A stretch of 64,000 nucleotides of DNA from Azolla caroliniana (lineage: Eukaryota; Plantae; Polypodiophyta). The notes below the pieces were generated by a model. It had not been told where the DNA came from and made no database searches. It was given only the letters and a program-made list of their open reading frames with translations. The stretch spans positions 9,982,001 to 10,046,000 of the forward strand of contig JBHGNT010000012.1 of the NCBI GenBank assembly GCA_043228905.1, in the 5' to 3' direction. A program made the translations under genes and the position numbers. Position 1 is the stretch's first letter. Each line of letters opens with the position of its first letter. Below, piece after piece: positions 60,193 to 64,000 of the stretch.

Positions 60193-61714
60193 GTAAATTT
60201 GGAACACAAACCTTCACATTACAGTAGAGCAAACCGTTAGCAATGTGGAAGTATTCCTTCGAGGATGTGGTGTGGTCTGTTCCAGACTCAACTCTTGCCC
60301 AGTATTTTGCAAAATAACTGTCATTAGGATACTTTCCTCGAAGGTGATCATAAAGATCTGATGTTATTTCAGTGTAGCTAAGCATGTTAACTTCACGGAT
60401 GCGACTTAGTGCATCAGCCACAGTGTTCATGGAACCTTTACGATATCGTATGGAAAAATCAAAGTCCTGGATGATATCAGCCCATCGTACCTTACGACCT
60501 TTCTGGTCTTGTTGGTCACAAAAATATTTCAAGGACTCGTGGTCCGTAGTTACCACAAAGTGATTTCCATAAAGATAATGGCGCCATGTTTTGAGCGCAT
60601 GTATAACTGCAAATAAATCCTTTTCTTGAACAGTATACCGACATTGAGTAGAATCAAGTTTCTTACTCTCGAATGCTATTGGTTTACTATCTTGATACAA
60701 GACAACACCTATATCATAATCGCTTGCATCAGTTTCAACCTCAAAAGGTTTTGAAGGATCAGGTAAAAGAAGTGAAGGAGCCTTGCAAACCAGGTCCTTG
60801 AGTTCCTTAAAGCCGAGGTCTAGTGTAGCATTCCACACAATAGGTTTTATAGACTTACGCGTTTGACCTTTTAAAAGATCAGTAAACGGCGTCGTCAATT
60901 GGAAGTAATTGAGAAGAGACTTTCGCAAAAACCCGACAAAACAAAGGAATGATCGAAATTCTCGAATATTCCGAAGAGTGGGCCAAAGCTTAATTTTCTC
61001 AATGCGAGAAGGATCAATTTCAACTCCTCGTTTGGTTATGAGATGTCCTAGATAAGTAATTGATTTCTTGAAGAACTCACATTTTGAGATCTTCGCATAA
61101 AACTGTTTGTCACGCAATGTTTGTAAAACAAAGCGGACATGTCTAACATGTTCTTGTAATGTACGGCTATAAACTAAAATATCGTCCAAGAAAATAACGA
61201 CAAATTTTCCAAGTTGTTCTCGGAAAATGTCATTCATTTCTTGTTCAAATGTAGCCGGAGCATTGGTCAAACCAAAAGGCATAACCAAAAACTCGTAATG
61301 GCCATAGCGCGTATGAAATGCCATTTTAAGAACATCGTCCTCACTTATTCGTATTTGATGGTAGCCAATACGGAGATCAAGTTTCGTAAAATACCGAGCT
61401 CCTTGGAGACGGTCAATTAGATCGTCAGCCCTGGGCAATGGGTACGAATTCTTGATCATCACTTTATTCAAGTGTCGGTAATTAATACACATACGCCATG
61501 TGCCCTCTTTCTTTTTAACCAAGAGAACTGGTGTACCCCATGGAGATTTACTATAACGTATATAACCCATTCGTAAATAGTCCTTGAGTTGCTTAAATAC
61601 CTCATCTTCTTCGGATCGACTTAAGCGATACGGAGGTATACTTATTGGTGCAACACCAGGTACAATATCTATACGATGGTCTATATTACGTTTAGGAAGT
61701 AACCCATCAGGTAG
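60193..61714 (-). pseudogene. pol: G2 RT and RNase H
   Basis: [13 protein letters not shown]; [13 protein letters not shown]; [12 protein letters not shown]; FLDDILVYS; VETDAS; VADALSR. Confidence 0.93.
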
Positions 61715-63289
61715 TTAACTTGGAAAAACATCATGAAAATCATTTAAGATTTCATCAAGTTGTTGTTGTTCAAAATATGTTAATTGAATTGGGACATTAT
61801 CGATATTGTAAATGTGAATGTCCGGATCAAGTACACAATAAAATAATGTAGAACAAGACAACTCGGATATTGATGGACACGAGGAAACAATCGAGAGGGA
61901 TTGTTTTTTTACACATTGAATAAAATGCGTACAATCGTTCAGTACAAAAGAAATGGAATGACGAACCCAATCAATAAATAAAGAAGAGTTTTTATTATAA
62001 ATACAGGGATAACCCAGTATTACATTGGTGGTACAAAGATTCATTACATGGAAGTCTACCTCCTCTATATAAGTATCAATAGAAATTCCTAATGAATGAA
62101 TCGCCCCATTGATGTATTGTAGTCTTCCATCAGCCAAGTGCACCGTGTAGGTGTGATCACTTACGGTGGGTTGGATTCCCCATATCTGAACCAAATGATC
62201 ATTCACAAAATTGTGTGAGCTTCCCGAATCAAATAAAAATTGTACGGGAGATCCATTGATATACCCGTTTGCACGTAGTAAATCATTGGGACGCAATACA
62301 TAGTGAGGGAAAGAACATTGACAATTAATTAAATGATGTGTATAGACTTGAAGGACATTAGGAATCTGACCTTTATGGTCTGCAGCTTTAGCTTTGTTGT
62401 CGTGCTCTTTCCGTTGGAGCTTTCGACATTGATCTTTTCTATGACCCTTCTTTTTGCAGAATACACAAAATGAATGTTGTCGCTTACAATCGCAATCCAG
62501 GAATTCGTTGGGTGTCTTGCGTTTCCCAACAAATTGCGATTGCTTAGTCCCGGGCGCTTCGTTGGGTTTGTTGTGGTCCTTCTTCGAAGTGCGTTGATAA
62601 CGAAGAACTATTTCAACGGCCTCTTCGAAGGATTTTGGATCCTTATCGTGCACTATCCAGTGATAGTCCGAATTGGGGATGCCATTGACAAAACAAGCTA
62701 TCAACCAATTGTCCCCTTCTAGACCTGATTTTTGGATTTGGGTTCTAGCATGGTGAACATAGTCTTCTAGCGAGGAAAATTTCCTGCTAGAGAGGTTCAT
62801 TAAAGCTTGTGCTTGCTCGGTTCGAGAGGGATGTTGCAGAAATTGGCCCTTAAAAACCGTGACAAAATCTGTCCAGGTATCGGGCAATTTCCCCATAGTA
62901 CGGAGCCCACGCCACCAGGCGGCGGCCTTACTACCGAGTTCTCGGCCGTTATATGCAATCTTCGTACTATCTGGCGTGGGGTAAAGCTCAAAATGAGACT
63001 CCCATCGTCCGAGCCATGTGCAGATTGCTTCTTCGGTTCTTTCCTTTTTGTCTCCCATAAATGATGGTTCACCTTGTCGCTCATCAGGTCTATTAGTCTC
63101 ACGTTGTAGAGTAATGACACGTGCCTCAAGAGCACTCTGAGATTGCCGAAGTTCGGTCATCTGTTGAGCGGTGAAACTAAGGTATTGGGTTATTTGTGCC
63201 AAATACATCTCAGTGGACATTTGTCCAGGAGGATTCCCTTGAGTTCCTTCCGCTTGAGCGGATGACATCGGGTCGTTAATTTGAGCCAT
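61715..63289 (-). CDS. gag: G2 Gag-protease
   Basis: KAAAWW..TWTDF; CVFCKKKGHRKDQC; LFDSGSSHNF; VILGYP. Confidence 0.9.
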   Translation of the reverse strand: MAQINDPMSSAQAEGTQGNPPGQMSTEMYLAQITQYLSFTAQQMTELRQSQSALEARVITLQRETNRPDERQGEPSFMGDKKERTEEAICTWLGRWESHFELYPTPDSTKIAYNGRELGSKAAAWWRGLRTMGKLPDTWTDFVTVFKGQFLQHPSRTEQAQALMNLSSRKFSSLEDYVHHARTQIQKSGLEGDNWLIACFVNGIPNSDYHWIVHDKDPKSFEEAVEIVLRYQRTSKKDHNKPNEAPGTKQSQFVGKRKTPNEFLDCDCKRQHSFCVFCKKKGHRKDQCRKLQRKEHDNKAKAADHKGQIPNVLQVYTHHLINCQCSFPHYVLRPNDLLRANGYINGSPVQFLFDSGSSHNFVNDHLVQIWGIQPTVSDHTYTVHLADGRLQYINGAIHSLGISIDTYIEEVDFHVMNLCTTNVILGYPCIYNKNSSLFIDWVRHSISFVLNDCTHFIQCVKKQSLSIVSSCPSISELSCSTLFYCVLDPDIHIYNIDNVPIQLTYFEQQQLDEILNDFHDVFPS

Positions 63290-64000
63290 TAAAGATTATT
63301 TCTGGAAAAGAAATAGGATAAGGTCAGAGAGATGTTCATAACATCATGTCGTGATGTAAGCATATCATGGGCGAGCATTAATCGATATCATGATCTCACG
63401 TCAATACCCCTCTAGACGTATGAGATGAGGTTCAAGATCAGGTTACTATGGTAACATAAAGGTGTTTTAAAAACCATGGGGGTGACAATTTAATGTCTTT
63501 CCCTGATCTCTATATCGATTTTTTCATGGTGGCTCCCCGAGGCTCAACCATGTATGTTCGCGTCATGAATAGTTTATACACGAAAAAAATGTTAACAATA
63601 AACTATGTTTCGGTGCCCACATATGTGGTTTCGGCTCTTTAAGTCCTATTACGAGGACCCCGAGGTGCACTTAGACCTTAAATCTAAACATGTGTTATAG
63701 TCATATGTATTAAGGATGTTGTATGGTCTTGGTCATATTTGAACTCGAGACCTCGAGAACAAATACATTAAAAACTTGATCCAAACAAGTAAGTTGCTCT
63801 TCTCGAATGCTTAATGTTTGATGCGTATAAGAGACATGTGAGGCAATTGATCATATATGTTTGTTTTTAAAAGAACATATATGTCAAGGGTCCTTATTTC
63901 GCCCTCATTTACCAAAACTATGTTGGTACATTACCTAACCTCAAGTCTCGTAATTACGATGGCATACGCCAAAGTGCAACCTAATGGTCAAGCCAAATGA

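Larger units (their letters stand above)
48405..64000 (-). mobile_element. Chromovirus Ty3/Gypsy G2 (5' LTR beyond the window), carrying a DNA transposon and Copia E
   Basis: Putative 3' LTR 48405-48859; PPT complement CTCCCCCTC after 48860; INT and chromodomain, RT-RH and gag-PR all on the minus strand. Confidence 0.88.

Overview
Gene-free, repeat-dense land-plant nuclear DNA. No host protein-coding gene is visible, and the exact lineage cannot be fixed from sequence alone. The backbone is two tandem arrays built from nuclear tRNA genes, arranged head to head. One is a minus-strand tRNA-His array with ~0.85-1.1 kb units (~512-10657, and again 47534-48404). The other is a plus-strand array of 16 tRNA-Leu(UAG) copies (11341-16077, ending at 21125). 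Retroelements are nested in and after these arrays: two young Ty1/Copia copies with 5-bp TSDs (1103-6577, 30733-36262), three older relatives (16078-21095, 21748-29353, 40472-44237), and an unrelated Copia (54641-60192). There is also a non-chromovirus Gypsy with an extra 3' ORF (21155-45399), a one-LTR Gypsy fragment that still has a TSD (25857-28158), and a chromovirus (48405 to beyond the window). The chromovirus integrase is interrupted by a ~5 kb DNA transposon with a spliced Sola2-like transposase; its 1.29 kb intron is almost entirely a 20-bp palindromic satellite containing a telomere-repeat patch. Coordinates were read by eye and may be off by a few bases. Family names rest on recalled motifs, not on database searches.
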